Source: Macrostomum lignano
Lineage: Eukaryota
Direction: 5' to 3'
NCBI GenBank assembly: GCA_002269645.1
Contig: NIVC01000982.1
Location: 16,791 to 80,790 of the forward strand
Length of the DNA stretch: 64,000 nt
A model generated the notes under the pieces. It had not been told where the DNA came from and did no database searches. It saw nothing but the letters and a program-made list of their open reading frames with translations. The position numbers and the translations under genes are program-made. Numbering within the stretch: the stretch's first letter is position 1; each line of letters begins with the position of its first letter. Below are positions 1 through 32,927 of the stretch, piece after piece.

Positions 1-329
1 CTGTAGATTAATGTGAGTGTACATATAGAATTGGGGATAGACATGGACATTTGAGATAGGGATTAATGTACATGGAATTAATGTACATATCCAATTTGAG
101 ATAGATAGGGATTAATGTACATGGGATTAATGTACATATCCAATTTGAGATATTTAGGGATTAATGTACATGGAATTAATGTACATATATGAGCACATGG
201 ATTATTACGACTACATATTGCCATATCACGCTTAGGATAGCGTTTTTGTATACTACTTACTTCATTTTCAGATAGTAGTATAATTTGCGTTTTTTGCGTC
301 AAAACATCTGAAAACCCTGCAGATTTGGC

Positions 330-860
330 GCGATACGTAGTCGCACTCACTACTCACATTTCAGGTCACGTCTCATATTAAATAAATAAACAGACAGAAA
401 CAAACGAGTTGAATTATAGCTAATGCTCTGAAATACTGGCCCTAAACCTGGCCTTAACCTCTCGGTTAATTATTAAAACGGAATTAGTAAGTTAAGATTG
501 ATAAACTAGGAGATGCAGATGATCAAGGGGGGACCGGGGCTGACTATACCCAACGCCAGCCCAGCGCAACAGATAAAGAAATACCTTACAGACGCGACCG
601 ACGGGCAGGGCTGCTTGGCGCGGTGGTCGTCGGGTAGTCACGGCGGGCGGTTGCAGTCACGGACGATTAGTCCAGACGAGGCGCGTCGGGAGGTTAAAGC
701 CAAGGGAAGTTACAGCTCAGCACGGTGGTTACAGCTCAGCGCCGAAAAGGGTGAAGGGGCTCCAAACGGTTTTTGCAGCTCCAAAGTGTCCGTACAGAAG
801 GGGAAGAGGAAGGAAGCGGGAAGAGGGAAATGCTTGCCCCTTTGAGCTCAAAACAGCTCC
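330..860 (-). mobile_element. LTR-like/promoter-like dispersed module, 5'-truncated copy
   Basis: Reverse complement aligns by eye over about 500 bp to 62890-63390 (e.g. AAACAGACAGAAACAAACGAGTTGAA..TAGCTAATGC.CTGAAATACTGGCCCTAAACCTGG). Element class is inferred. Confidence 0.65.
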
Positions 861-1175
861 CATGGAACGGTAGGCAGTCCAGGCAAGCCCGGCACGCAGA
901 GCACGACGGTCTTCTGCGTGTTGACCACCAGGCCGACGCTCGCCACAACGCTTAACAGCCGGTCCAGCTGGCGCTATGCTCCCTCGACGGTCAAGAACAG
1001 CAGGGCGAGATCGTCGGCGTAGCCATGCAAGCACGCTGAGACGCCTCTTCGGTTGGCGTCGACCCACGCGTCGCTACAGCAGGAAGCCGTCGTCTTTAGA
1101 AGGGAGAGCATCACCCAGTCAAGCACCAGAACGAACAGGAACGGCGCAGGCGTGACGACCTGCTGGATCCCGTTT
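860..1175 (-). mobile_element. Non-LTR retrotransposon (RTE-like) reverse transcriptase fragment, degenerate
   Basis: Across frameshifts and a stop the minus strand reads APFLFVLVLDWV...GYADDLALL..TVEGA*RQLDRL..V.ASVGLVVNTQKTVVLCVP, i.e. the YADD RT core region. Confidence 0.85.
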
Positions 1176-1879
1176 GCCGCTGCAGGTAGACAGCCGCCTG
1201 CTCAGACAGCATAAAATTTTATATAAAATGAGAAAATTTAGGCAGCCGCAACTTACTATACAGTATTCACTGTTAATAATACCCTCGAACTATACGATAT
1301 ACGCACTGAACTATATACGCAAGTAACAATTGATGTAAGAACTCAAAACACAAATTAAAACAATAAAAATCCTGCCTTACATGCGTGCCTCAAAAGCATC
1401 AATCGAATTATCATATTTTGAATACACCATGTATACGAGCTACTTCGATAGATTGCGAGCTCGTATAAAATTGTATCTAGAGCACAAAATATATTCTGTG
1501 ATCTAGAGCCCGATGAAACAGTGTTCGATGCCAAAAAAGCAACATAAAATTGACGCAAAACGAAGCAAAAATAATAGATCGACTTATCGAGTCAGTCGAA
1601 TTAATTAGTAAAATTTTAAATAGACATACTTTTCAGAAAAAATAACTAGCTATAACAAACGCATAGATTGACAAGTGCTTGACTAAAGTGAAGAGAAACA
1701 AAAAAATTGGACAAATTATGGCTGTCCAACTTTCGGGAATTTTTTCTCCTTCGGAGCAAATGACTGCATGCATTGTTCACCCCGGACGAAAAGTCAATGC
1801 GAATTGATTGTAACACATGGCGAGTATACATGTACGATTGACTAACTTGAATTAGCTGCGGGGGCTCCGTGCCTCCGGA

Positions 1880-2535
1880 AACAGCAAGGAGGCGTTGCCG
1901 CCCATTTCGCTAACCCCTGGTGACCACGGGCAGCTGGTGCTGCGGTGTAGCGCAGGGAGTTCCGGTGGTGCCGGTGTCTGCAGCGCGGTCCCCCTCCGGA
2001 GAGTCCAGGAGGTGGATTGTCGCTCGCCCGGTAGCCCTTAGGTAGCGGACGAGCTGGCAGAGATTCTCGGGCCTGAAAACGTCGGAGAGGTCCGGGTTTG
2101 GGCCGTGGTAGGTGAGCCTGACCTGAGTAAAGGCGGGCATTCACAGATAAAGTGCTCCGCATTCTCGACACCGGAGAGGCAGAATGGGCAATCCTCGCTG
2201 CGCATTTTTCCCTGGAGGTGACGATGCCTGGCAAAACAGCCATGACCCGAGAGGGCCATGGTCACCGCCCTGATGTCCCTGCGGTTGAGTCCAAGCAGGG
2301 CCCTGCGCAGGGCGGAGGAAGCTAGACAGGGGGCAGCCGCGCGCGGGATTGTCGGCAGTCGAGGGCGTTAGCCCACCTCTCCCTGTGCTTAGAAGCCACC
2401 GTTACTCACTGGTTGATCCGAGTGGTGACAACGGCGATGGGGGTGGGGGCCACGGGCAGGGGACCAGTAAAAGAACCGGTCGAGCCAGCCTTGGCCAGGC
2501 GATCGGCCATGCAGCTCGTTGCCGGGGTGGCCCGT
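1880..2535 (-). mobile_element. Non-LTR retrotransposon 3' fragment (RNase H end plus CCHC knuckle; I/R1/LOA-like)
   Basis: GH-PGNEL/ADRLAKAG (RNase H C-terminus), then LSGHGCFARH...[19 protein letters not shown] (C-x2-C-x8-H-x4-C); interrupted by frameshifts and a stop. Confidence 0.75.
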
Positions 2536-3758
2536 ATACATGTACGATATATATATGGCTTGCAAAAGCCAATTGATAATGTATTTAATAGGTCGGATAT
2601 TTAAAGAAAAACAACATGTAAATGGTGACACGTACATGTACATGTTGCAAATGAGGAATTCAATATGTATTGTTCATACTCGTACATATGTACATTACAG
2701 TATTACACAGTTGCATGGTCCTGGTTTTGGAGTTGATCTAATTTTCAAGTCCACCTTGTAGAAGAAGAAGAAGCCATCCGCATATGAAGAATTCGCAGAT
2801 GAATAATTAGACCACCCCTGCTATGCTGCACCACACCCTCTCTCTTGTCAAGCGAGTGAACACCTTTTTGTGTTCGATTTCAACAAAACTCACATTCTAT
2901 TTCGGCAAGCTGATCATTTTCATCATTCTATTCACAGCTACCTCAACATTCGAATTCGGCAAGGACCAGTCAATTTCAGTAATCACCATTGAATGCAATA
3001 TCAATAATCACAAGCTATTCAGAGCGCATTTTGGTGATCTTACAATAAAATAATTCATTTTAATTGTACATTGTAATTAAATACAATAATTAATTCTTAA
3101 TTATTATTTTATTGGTGACAGTTTGACTTAACATGATTACATCCCCAGTAGCATTTTGTAACTTTGTTATATTGCTTGTTTGTTTTAATAGTACAATGTA
3201 TACAAATTTAAAGTTACACTTTCGTAGAAAATAAGTCTTCGTGTGTTTTTCAATGAACCATGAACGCTTACGCAGGCCTACGGCTTATGCTACAAATGAA
3301 AGTCTAAGACAATAAACAATTAGTGCAAGTACTAGGATTATTAAATACTGACTTATAAAAATGAAACGCGAATTTTTGCAGAAAAAAGTAGTCTAAAGGA
3401 TAATATATTAGCTTATTTACCATCTTTTTTAGAGTTTCTCTATTGTTTTCTACTTTCCAAAACCCTTAGGCCTTACTCCATACGACCATAGCATAGTATT
3501 CTTTTTACTATGAACTGAAGCATCATTAGTATTCTTTTTTTGGTAACTGATGCTGACAATTTGCACCCGTGAACCAAGGACTGAGTTTATGATTACCAAT
3601 CAGAATGAATTTTCTCACTTTCATTCCCTGGTTTAAAATAGTCAACTCAAAAGTCAAAGTTAACATTATGATCTGCTTTTCAATTTTCATAAAAAACAAT
3701 AACTGAGCCAAAGTCACTTGTTATAGCTAATGTTATATTAAAGTGATTGCAAAAATCA

Positions 3759-23734
<19,976 letters not shown>

Positions 23735-23744
23735 ATTCTCATTT

Positions 23745-23750
23745 AATAAA
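23745..23750 (+). terminator. Candidate polyadenylation signal of GIT
   Basis: AATAAA about 10 nt after the TAA stop; actual use is unverified. Confidence 0.35.
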
Positions 23751-24156
23751 AATCTTCGCTTATTTTATAATAAACTCTTGCATTCCTACTGATAGTAGCA
23801 ACTCAGCTCTTCAGTAGTATCGGTGGCTTATTCATGTTAAAGTGCATCAATATGCAATACTTTAATGGATAGTTCAATTTCAAAATTTGTCTGCAATATG
23901 ACTTCATCAGCAGTTGTGCAATAATTTTATTGTGTGATCAGAAATTACACAGCTTTGATCATATTTTTTGCTTTCCTTTTTTCAACATAGTCAAGCATTA
24001 TTTTTTGTATGATCTAATTTAGGGCATCTTTTTACACTACTACTATTACTATATAGTGTATATTACGAGCTATTTTGTGCAATGTAGAGTTTCTAGAATG
24101 TGGCTTTTTATTGTAATTTTGTCTATCAAATATTTGTACTGGAGGTGGGAGTCATT

Positions 24157-24990
24157 AGCTCACTGAAGGGAATTGGGGCTGTGGGTCATTAGCTCACTGA
24201 GAGGAATTGGGGCTGTGGGTCATTAGCTCACTGAGGGGAATTAAGGCTGTGGGTCATTAGCTCACTGAGGGGAATTGGGGCTGTGGGTCATTAGCTCACT
24301 GAGAGGAATTGGGGCTGTGGGTCATTAGCTCACTGAGGGGAATTGGGGCTGTGGGTCATTAGCTCACTGAGGGGAATTGGGGCTGTGGGTCATTAGCTCA
24401 CTGAGGGGAATTGGGGCTGTGGGTCATTAGCTCACTGAGGGGAATTGGGGCTGTGGGTCATTAGCTCACTGAGGGGAATTGGGGCTGTGGGTCATTAGCT
24501 CACTGAGGGGAATTGGGGCTGTGGGTCATTAGCTCACTGAGGGGAATTGGGGCTGTGGGTCATTAGCTCACTGAGGGGAATTGGGGCTGTGGGTCATTAG
24601 CTCACTGAGGGGAATTGGGGCTGTGGGTCATTAGCTCACTGAGGGGAATTGGGGCTGTGGGTCATTAGCTCACTGAGGGGAATTGGGGCTGTGGGTCATT
24701 AGCTCACTGAGGGGAATTGGGGCTGTGGGTCATTAGCTCACTGAGGGGAATTGGGGCTGTGGGTCATTAGCTCACTGAGGGGAATTGGGGCTGTGGGTCA
24801 TTAGCTCACTGAGGGGAATTGGGGCTGTGGGTCATTAGCTCACTGAGGGGAATTGGGGCTGTGGGTCATTAGCTCACTGAGGGGAATTGGGGCTGTGGGT
24901 CATTAGCTCACTGAGGGGAATTGGGGCTGTGGGTCATTAGCTCACTGAGGGGAATTGGGGCTGTGGGTCATTAGCTCACTGAGGGGAATT
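24157..24990. repeat. 34-bp near-perfect intergenic minisatellite (about 24 copies)
   Basis: Unit GGGTCATTAGCTCACTGAGGGGAATTGGGGCTGT. Confidence 0.95.
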
Positions 24991-25664
24991 GTTACAGTGA
25001 ATTTGTTGCACCATTTTTAATTGCTTTTTCTTGAGAGTGATTTTGCTAAACGCTGAAGTATTACTGTTGTATATTCAGTCAAGTCGGTGACTTGCTGCCA
25101 ATAGAGAAAAATGTAATTCTCAAAAAAATGGATGAGAATCTCTCTGATTGGATTGCATGATTTTTCTACAAATTTTATCACAATTCTGAGTGAGTTTCCC
25201 TTATAACTATTTTTCTTACATATTAGTTAAAATAAATGGTTTTTTTGCACTGCTGCAATAATGAACCCGAATTATGATATTCTGTGATATTATCGTTATT
25301 ATTCATACTTAATTTTTATTGTTAATTGCTTAAAATATTATCTAATCGCTCTGATACGAGTGTATTGGCATTATAAATATGATTTATTATTTGCTTTTGC
25401 AGATCAGTTTATTATCGAGTAAATTCGAGCTATTGTGTTATGAGTTCATCTTTAGATGCTTGTGCAGCAAATATACTGAATATTGCTGATGCTCCTTATA
25501 CACAATATTCAGAATGTCCTTTACTGCTTCATTTTTATGCTTCTACTTTAACTTCAATAGGAACTTAACATTGTATTAGGCCTAATGTTAGATCACTGCA
25601 AAGCATTCTATAATTTTTTTGGATTTTTTTCTTGCCAGTTATCTTTTTGTCTTAGTGTCCTCCT

Positions 25665-26185
<521 letters not shown>

Positions 26186-26231
26186 CCATCTGTCAGTCAG
26201 CCTCACTGCTCCAACCCTCAGCTAACCAGTC

Positions 26232-29200
26232 ATGTCGCACCCCAGCGCGCCCAGCAACCAGCCAAATGTGCTGCACCTGCCGCAGCTGTCCATCACGGAG
26301 GAGAACTGGTCGGCCGGCTTGCAGTCGCTGCTGGATCATGTCCGGCCCACTTGGCAGCTTGCCAACTGCGGCCAGCGCCTGTTCACCGAGGGCATCACCA
26401 ACAAGCTGGTCGCGCTGCACTATGGCGAGCGATTCCAATTCGGTGATGACGTCATCCTTATTCGAATCTACGGCGAGAAGACCGAACTGATAATTGACCG
26501 CCAGGCGGAGGTGCGCAACATGCGCCTGCTGCACTCGCACGGCTTCTGCAAGCCCGTCTACGCCACCTTCGCCAACGGCCTCTGCTACGGATACGTTCAC
26601 GGAGATGTGAGTGACGCTGCAATCTCGAATGTACCTGGTAGGATAATGCGATTCTGGCTGCACCTCTGGCATAGTGGGGTAGAGTGAGGTTAGGCCACTG
26701 TGAAGCTCATGAAGCTGTCCTAGAGACCTGTCACAGGGCAATCATAAAGCTGTCATAAAACTGTCAGAAATCTGTCAAAACAGTCATAAAGCCATCATAA
26801 AATTGTCAGAAAGATGCCATAAAACTGTCAGAAAGCTGTTATAAAACTGTCAGAAATCTGTCATATAACTGTCAGAAAGCTGTCATAAAACTGTCAGAAA
26901 GCTGTCATATAACTGTCAGAAATCTGTCATAAAACTGTCAGAAAGCTGTCATAAAACTGTCAGAAAGCTGTCATAAAAATGTCAGAAAGCTGTCATAAAA
27001 CTGACAAACTGTCAGGAAGCGGTCATAAAACTGTCAGAAAGCTGTCATAAAACTGTCATAAAACTGTCAGAAAGCTGTCAAAACTGTCAGGAAGCTGTCA
27101 TAAAACTGTCAGAAATCTGTCAGAAATCTGTCATCAAACTGTCGGAAAGCTGTCATAAAACTGTCAGAAAGCTGTCATTAACTGTCAGGAAGCTGTCATA
27201 AAACTGTCAGAAAGCTGTCATCAAACTGTCAGAAAGCTGTCATAAAACTTTCAGAAAGCTGTCATAAAACTGTCAGAAAGCTGTCATAAAACTGCCAGGA
27301 AGCTGTCATAAAACTGTCTGAAAGCTGTCAGAAAGCTGTCATAAAACTGTCAGTAAGCTGTCATAACACTGTCAGAAAGCTGTCATCAAACCGTCAGGAA
27401 GCTGTCATAAAACTGTCATAAAACTGTCAGAAAGCTGCCAAAACTGTCTGGAAGCTGTCATAAAACTGTCTGAAAGCTGTCAGAAATCTGTCATCAAACT
27501 GTCGGAAAGCTGTCATAAAACTGTCAGAAAGCTGTCATTAACTGTCAGGAAGCTGTCATAAAACTGTCAGAAAGCTGTCATAAAATTGTCTAAAACTGTC
27601 ATAAAACTGTCAGAAAGCTGTCATAAAACTGTCTGAAACTGTCATAAAACTGTCTGAAACTGTCATAAAACTGTCAAAAAGCTGCCATAAAACTGTCAGA
27701 AAGCTGTCATAAAACTGTCAGAAAGCCGTCAAAACAGTCATAAAGCCATCATAAAATTGTCAGAAAGCTGCCATAAAACTGTCAGAAAGCTGTTATAAAA
27801 CTGTCAGAAATCTGTCATATAACTGTCAGAAAGCTGCCATAAAACTGTCAGGAAGCGGTCATAAAACTGTCAGAAAGCTGTCATAAAACCGTCAGGAAGC
27901 TGTCAAAACTGTCAGAAAGCTGTCATAAAACTGCCAGGAAGCTGTCATAAAACTGTCAGAAAGCTGTCAGAAAGCTGTCATAAAACTGTCAGGAAGCTGT
28001 CATAACACTGTCAGAAAGCTGTCATAAAACTGTCAGAAAGCTGTCATAAAACTGTCTAAAACTGTCATAAAACTGTCAGAAAGCTGTCATAAAACTGTCT
28101 GAAACTGTCATAAAACTGTCAGAAAGCTGTCATAAAACTGTCTGAAACTGTCATAAAACTGTCAAAAAGCTGTCATAAAACTGTCAGAAAGCTGTCATAA
28201 AACTGTCTGAAACTGTCATAAAACTGTTAAAAAGCTGTCAAAAAAATGTCAAAAAGCTGTCATAAAACTGTCAGAAAGCTGTCATAAAACTGTCTGAAAC
28301 TGTCATAAAACTGTCAGAAAGCTGTCATAAAACTGTCAGAAAGCTGTCATAAAACTGTCTGAAACTGTCATAAAACTGTCAAAAAGCTGTCATAAAACTG
28401 TCAAAAAGCTGTCATGAAACTGTCAGAAAGCTGTCATTAACTGTCAGAAAGCTGTCATAAACCTGTCTGAAACTGTCAAAAAATTATTGAGAATCTCACC
28501 CCAACCCGCATGCAGGTGGCAGACGAGGAGCTGGTCCGGGAGCCCACCTTTGGCCGCCTGGTTGCCCGAGAGCTGGCCAGCCTGCACTGCCTGCAGGTGC
28601 CATCAGCCGACGGCGAATCCGCCGCCCCTCAGCCGATGGTCTTCGCCACCATGCGCCGCTTCCTGGAGCTCGGCCCGGACGAATTCCCCGAGCCGGACAG
28701 GCAGGCCCGGTTCCGCGCTGCCCTGCCGGACAAGGCGGCTCTCCGCGCCGAGGTGGCCGACCTCGAGGCTCACCTGGTGCCGCTGGCCTGTCCTGTGGTG
28801 TTCAGCCACAACGACACCTTGATTAAGAATTTCGTCTACGACCGGCGGGAACAGAGGGTGTTTCTAATCGACTTCGAGTACTGCGCCCACAACTACCTGC
28901 CGTTCGACCTGGCCAATCATTTCAACGAATTTGCCGGGGTGGCGACCGTGGATCATTCCAGGTGTGCAGGTGGGGGGGGGGCAGGTTAGCTCAGCGGTGA
29001 CTCGTCTATTTGTTGAGTAGTGTCTACCTGTCAGAGTAGTGTCTACCTGTCAGAGTAGTGTCTACCTGTCAGAGTAGTGTCTACTTGTCAGAGTAGTGTC
29101 TACCTGTCAGAGTAGTGTCTACCCATCAGAGTAGTGTCTACCTGTCAGAGTAGTGTCTACCCATCAGAGTAGTGTCTACCCGTCAGAGTAGTGTCTACCT

Positions 29201-30240
29201 GTCAGAGTAGTGTCCACCTGTCAGAGTAGTTTCTACCTGTCAGAGTAGTGTCTACTTGTCAGAGTAGTTTCTACCTGTCAGAGTAGTGTCTACCCGTCAG
29301 TAGTGTCTACCTGTCAGAGTAGTGTCTACCTGTCAGAGTAGTTTCTACCTGTCAGAGTAGTGTCTACCTGTCAGAGTAGTGTCTACCCGTCAGAGTAGTT
29401 TCTACCTGTCAGAGTAGTTTCTACCTGTCAGAGTAGTGTCTACCTGTCAGAGTAGTGTCTACCCGTCAGAGTAGTTTCTACCTGTCAGAGTAGTGTCCAC
29501 CCGTCAGAGTAGTGTCTACCCATCAGAGTAGTGTCTACCTGTCAGAGTAGCATCTACCTGTCAGAGTAGTGTCTACCTGTCAGAGTAGCATCTACCTGTC
29601 AGAGTAGTGTCTACCTGTCAGAGTAGCATCTACCTGTCAGAGTAGTTTCTACCTGTCAGAGTAGTGTCTACTTGTCAGAGTAGTTTCTACCTGTCAGAGT
29701 AGTGTCCACCTGTCAGAGTAGTGTCTACCTGTCAGAGTAGTGTCTACCCGTCAGTAGTGTCTACCTGTCAGAGTAGTGTCTACCTGTCAGAGTAGTTTCT
29801 ACCTGTCAGAGTAGTGTCTAGATCCGCAGAATGGCTTCAATGCTAGCTTTCGAGGGCCACCCTCTGAGGCCCAGAGAGTGTACATGTCTGACGGTGGACT
29901 GTTGGCTTGATTAGCCGTTAAAGTGCAGAATAACAAACTTAGCTAACTAATAACTATAAATCTCAGGTACCCGAGTCGGGAGTTTCAGCTGCCCTGGCTG
30001 CGCAACTACCTGCAGTACAGGGACGGCTTCCTTGGCGGTGGCGGAGCGGACTCGCTGGACTCTCGAGTTGAGCAGCTCTACAGGGAGGTGACCAAGTTTT
30101 CTCTGGCCTCGCATCTGCTCTGGGCCCTGTGGGCCCTGGTGCAGGCCAGGCACTCCACCATCGATTTCGACTTTCTGGACTACGCCATCAGCCGCTACGG
30201 CGAGTATAAGGCTAAGAAGGCTGAGCGGCTGGCGTGCTGA
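26232..30240 (+). CDS. ETNK: Ethanolamine kinase (choline/ethanolamine kinase family); join(26232-26606,28516-28961,29967-30240), 364 aa
   Basis: [40 protein letters not shown], Brenner motif [64 protein letters not shown]; intron phases 0 and 2 are consistent. Confidence 0.95.
26740..28480. repeat. 22-bp minisatellite (ETNK intron 1)
   Basis: Unit AAAACTGTCAGAAAGCTGTCAT. Confidence 0.95.
29010..29820. repeat. 19-bp minisatellite (ETNK intron 2)
   Basis: Unit AGAGTAGTGTCTACCTGTC. Confidence 0.95.
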
Positions 30241-30329
30241 GGCCTTCAGACTGGCGCCTCTGCACCCTCAGTTCTGGCCTCCGGTTCTGACTGCATCCCG
30301 CTTCGTCAGTTTCTGCATACCGCCTTGAC

Positions 30330-30500
30330 TCCTCTGCATCCTCCTCTCCTCCCTCTCCAGCCTCCTCCCTCTACATCTTCCTCTCCTCCCTCTGCACCTT
30401 CCTCTCCTCCCTCTGCATCTTCCTCTCCTCCCTCTGCATCTTCCTCTCCTCCCTCTGCATCTTCCTCTCCTCCCTCTCCACCTTCCTCTCTTCCTTCAAA
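30330..30500. repeat. 21-bp pyrimidine-rich repeat after the ETNK stop
   Basis: Unit TCTTCCTCTCCTCCCTCTGCA. Confidence 0.85.
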
Positions 30501-31034
30501 TCTGTCAGTTAAGGTTTGGTTTTTGAGTTTTTGCCAACTCCAATTCAAACTGCCAGCTTTATTTCCTGTTAGGCTTAGATATTATTGACAATTGACAATT
30601 ATGATTAATTTAATTGATTGGTGCAGCCTTGATATTTTTGCATGGTAATTACCTAGACTTTGAAATGAGTTTAATTAAATTAATTTATTATTGTTATTAC
30701 TAATCCACACAGTCGCATCATTTCCTTGCAATCTTACTCGATCTGTGCCTTGCTAAACTCTTGTCTTCTATGCTACTTACTGGCTGCCCTTTGTTAGTAG
30801 TGTGAGACCGAAATCTTATATGTTGAATGTTTATAATTCTTTAATCAAGCTAATAGAATTTTTTCTCAAATTTGAACTGTCCGAAGAGCTGGAAAAATTC
30901 ATCTTTTTTATTGCCTAAATTTATTTCATTGCCATCCGTCGATAAAAGCATCGAACTTGCTGTTTCTTGAGTTCTTTTTTTAGCTGCATGCAGATTCTCT
31001 GTATTGGCAGTGTTGAGACTCTACTCTATAGGCA

Positions 31035-32110
31035 GATACCACTACTTTATAGGTAGACACTACTACTTTATAGGTAGACACCACTACTTTATAGGTAGAC
31101 ACTACTACTTTATAGGTAGACACCACTACTTTATAGGTAGACACTACTACTTTATAGGTAGACACCACTACTTTATAGGTAGACACTACTACTTTATAGG
31201 TAGACACCACTACTTTATAGGTAGACACTACTACTTTATAGGTAGACACCACTACTTTATAGGTAGACACCACTACTTTATAGGTAGACACCACTACTTT
31301 ATAGGTAGACACTACTACTATATAGGTAGACACCACTACTTTATAGGTAGACACTACTACTTTATAGGTAGACACCACTACTTTATAGGTAGACACTACT
31401 ACTTTATAGGTAGACACCACTACTTTATAGGTAGACACCACTACTTTATAGGTAGACACTACTACTTTATAGGTAGACACCACTACTTTATAGGTAGACA
31501 CCACTACTTTATAGGTAGACACCACTACTTTATAGGTAGACACCACTACTTTATAGGTAGACACCACTACTTTATAGGTAGACACCACTACTTTATAGGT
31601 AGACACTACTACTATATAGGTAGACACCACTACTTTATAGGTAGACACTACTACTTTATAGGTAGACACCACTACTTTATAGGTAGACACTACTACTTTA
31701 TAGGTAGACACCACTACTTTATAGGTAGACACTACTACTTTATAGGTAGACACCACTACTTTATAGGTAGACACTACTACTTTATAGGTAGACACCACTA
31801 CTTTATAGGTAGACACCACTACTTTATAGGTAGACACCACTACTTTATAGGTAGACACTACTACTTTATAGGTAGACACCACTACTTTATAGGTAGACAC
31901 TACTACTTTATAGGTAGACACCACTACTTTATAGGTAGACACCACTACTTTATAGGTAGACACTCACTAATCTCTAAAGGTAGAAACCACTAATCTCTAA
32001 AGGTAGAAACCACTAATCTCTAAAGGTAGACACCACTAATCTCTAAATGTAGACACCACTAACCTACAGGTAGACACTCCTTAATCTACAGGTAGGCACC
32101 GCTACTCTAT
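31035..32110. repeat. 21-bp intergenic minisatellite
   Basis: Unit ATAGGTAGACAC(C/T)ACTACTTT, degenerating after 31960. Confidence 0.95.
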
Positions 32111-32234
32111 AGATGAAGTCGGTAAACTCTATAGACTCTAGGTAGAAGATACTATTATTCGGTTGAGCACTACTCTACACGCGGATATTAGTCCACTAGT
32201 AGGCACTAAATCAGTGCAGTGCAAATAGACACCA

Positions 32235-32927
32235 ATGCATTGTCAGGCAGTTCATCCAGCACAGAACGCCACTCTGCCCTGCAGACTATTATCGCTGTTA
32301 TTTGCACCAGCTGGCAGCCACTTAGCAGTCGCGGCCCCTTCAATTCTTCAGGCGTCGTCAGGCAGCCGCGGTTCGACCCGGTCATCGGCCGCATCTGCTC
32401 AAATTCGACTGACCAGCCGCAGCCGTCAGCAGCAGCCGGCAGAGCAGCTGCAGCAGCCGCGCACCCGCAGCCAAAGAGCCTCCACGGGGACCCCCGCCAC
32501 TCAGCAGCAGCGGCGATCGCGGCAGCAATCGTTGAAGCCGCCGCCGCCTCCGAGCTCCGATAGCGGCGCCAACTGCCGCGCCGAGGCCGCTACGTCAGGT
32601 CGCGGGCGCCGCCGTTGTCATGACAACAACGCCTCGACTGGCGGCAGAGTCGGCGCCAATGACGACAACGGTGAAGCCTCTGGCGGCAAGCGGAGCCGGC
32701 AGTCGGCCTCGATCTGCTGCCCGATCTGCCTGGACAGCCTGGACACCTTCGAGGACTCCGGCAAGCGCCTGGTGTCGGCCTACTGCGGCCACCTGTTCTG
32801 CTCGCTCTGCCTGGCTGCCGTGGAGGCGCGGCCGGCAGCTGACTGGGCCGCCCACTTCGGCTGCCCGGTGTGCCAGGTGCCGCTGAGGACGGGCGCCAGC
32901 CACCACCCGGTTTACTGGACCAGCTGA
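32235..32927 (+). CDS. C3HC4 RING finger protein with an RNF4-like RING; start uncertain (ATG at 32235 or splice acceptor at 32351/32352)
   Basis: CPICLDSLDTFEDSGKRLVSAYCGHLFCSLCL...CPVCQ..HHPVYW resembles the RNF4 C-terminus (CPIC..LIVSTECGHVFCSQCL..CPTC..YHPIY); low-complexity N-terminal half. Confidence 0.8.
   Translation: MHCQAVHPAQNATLPCRLLSLLFAPAGSHLAVAAPSILQASSGSRGSTRSSAASAQIRLTSRSRQQQPAEQLQQPRTRSQRASTGTPATQQQRRSRQQSLKPPPPPSSDSGANCRAEAATSGRGRRRCHDNNASTGGRVGANDDNGEASGGKRSRQSASICCPICLDSLDTFEDSGKRLVSAYCGHLFCSLCLAAVEARPAADWAAHFGCPVCQVPLRTGASHHPVYWTS

Noticed and set aside
2760-3060. GC-moderate island upstream of GIT with short ORFs
   Set aside because: No recognisable motif or splice pattern in any frame I read.
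30980-31993. 327-329-aa ORFs on both strands, (STYKVVV)n and (FIGRHHY)n
   Set aside because: Translations of a stop-free 21-bp minisatellite; no splice or start context.
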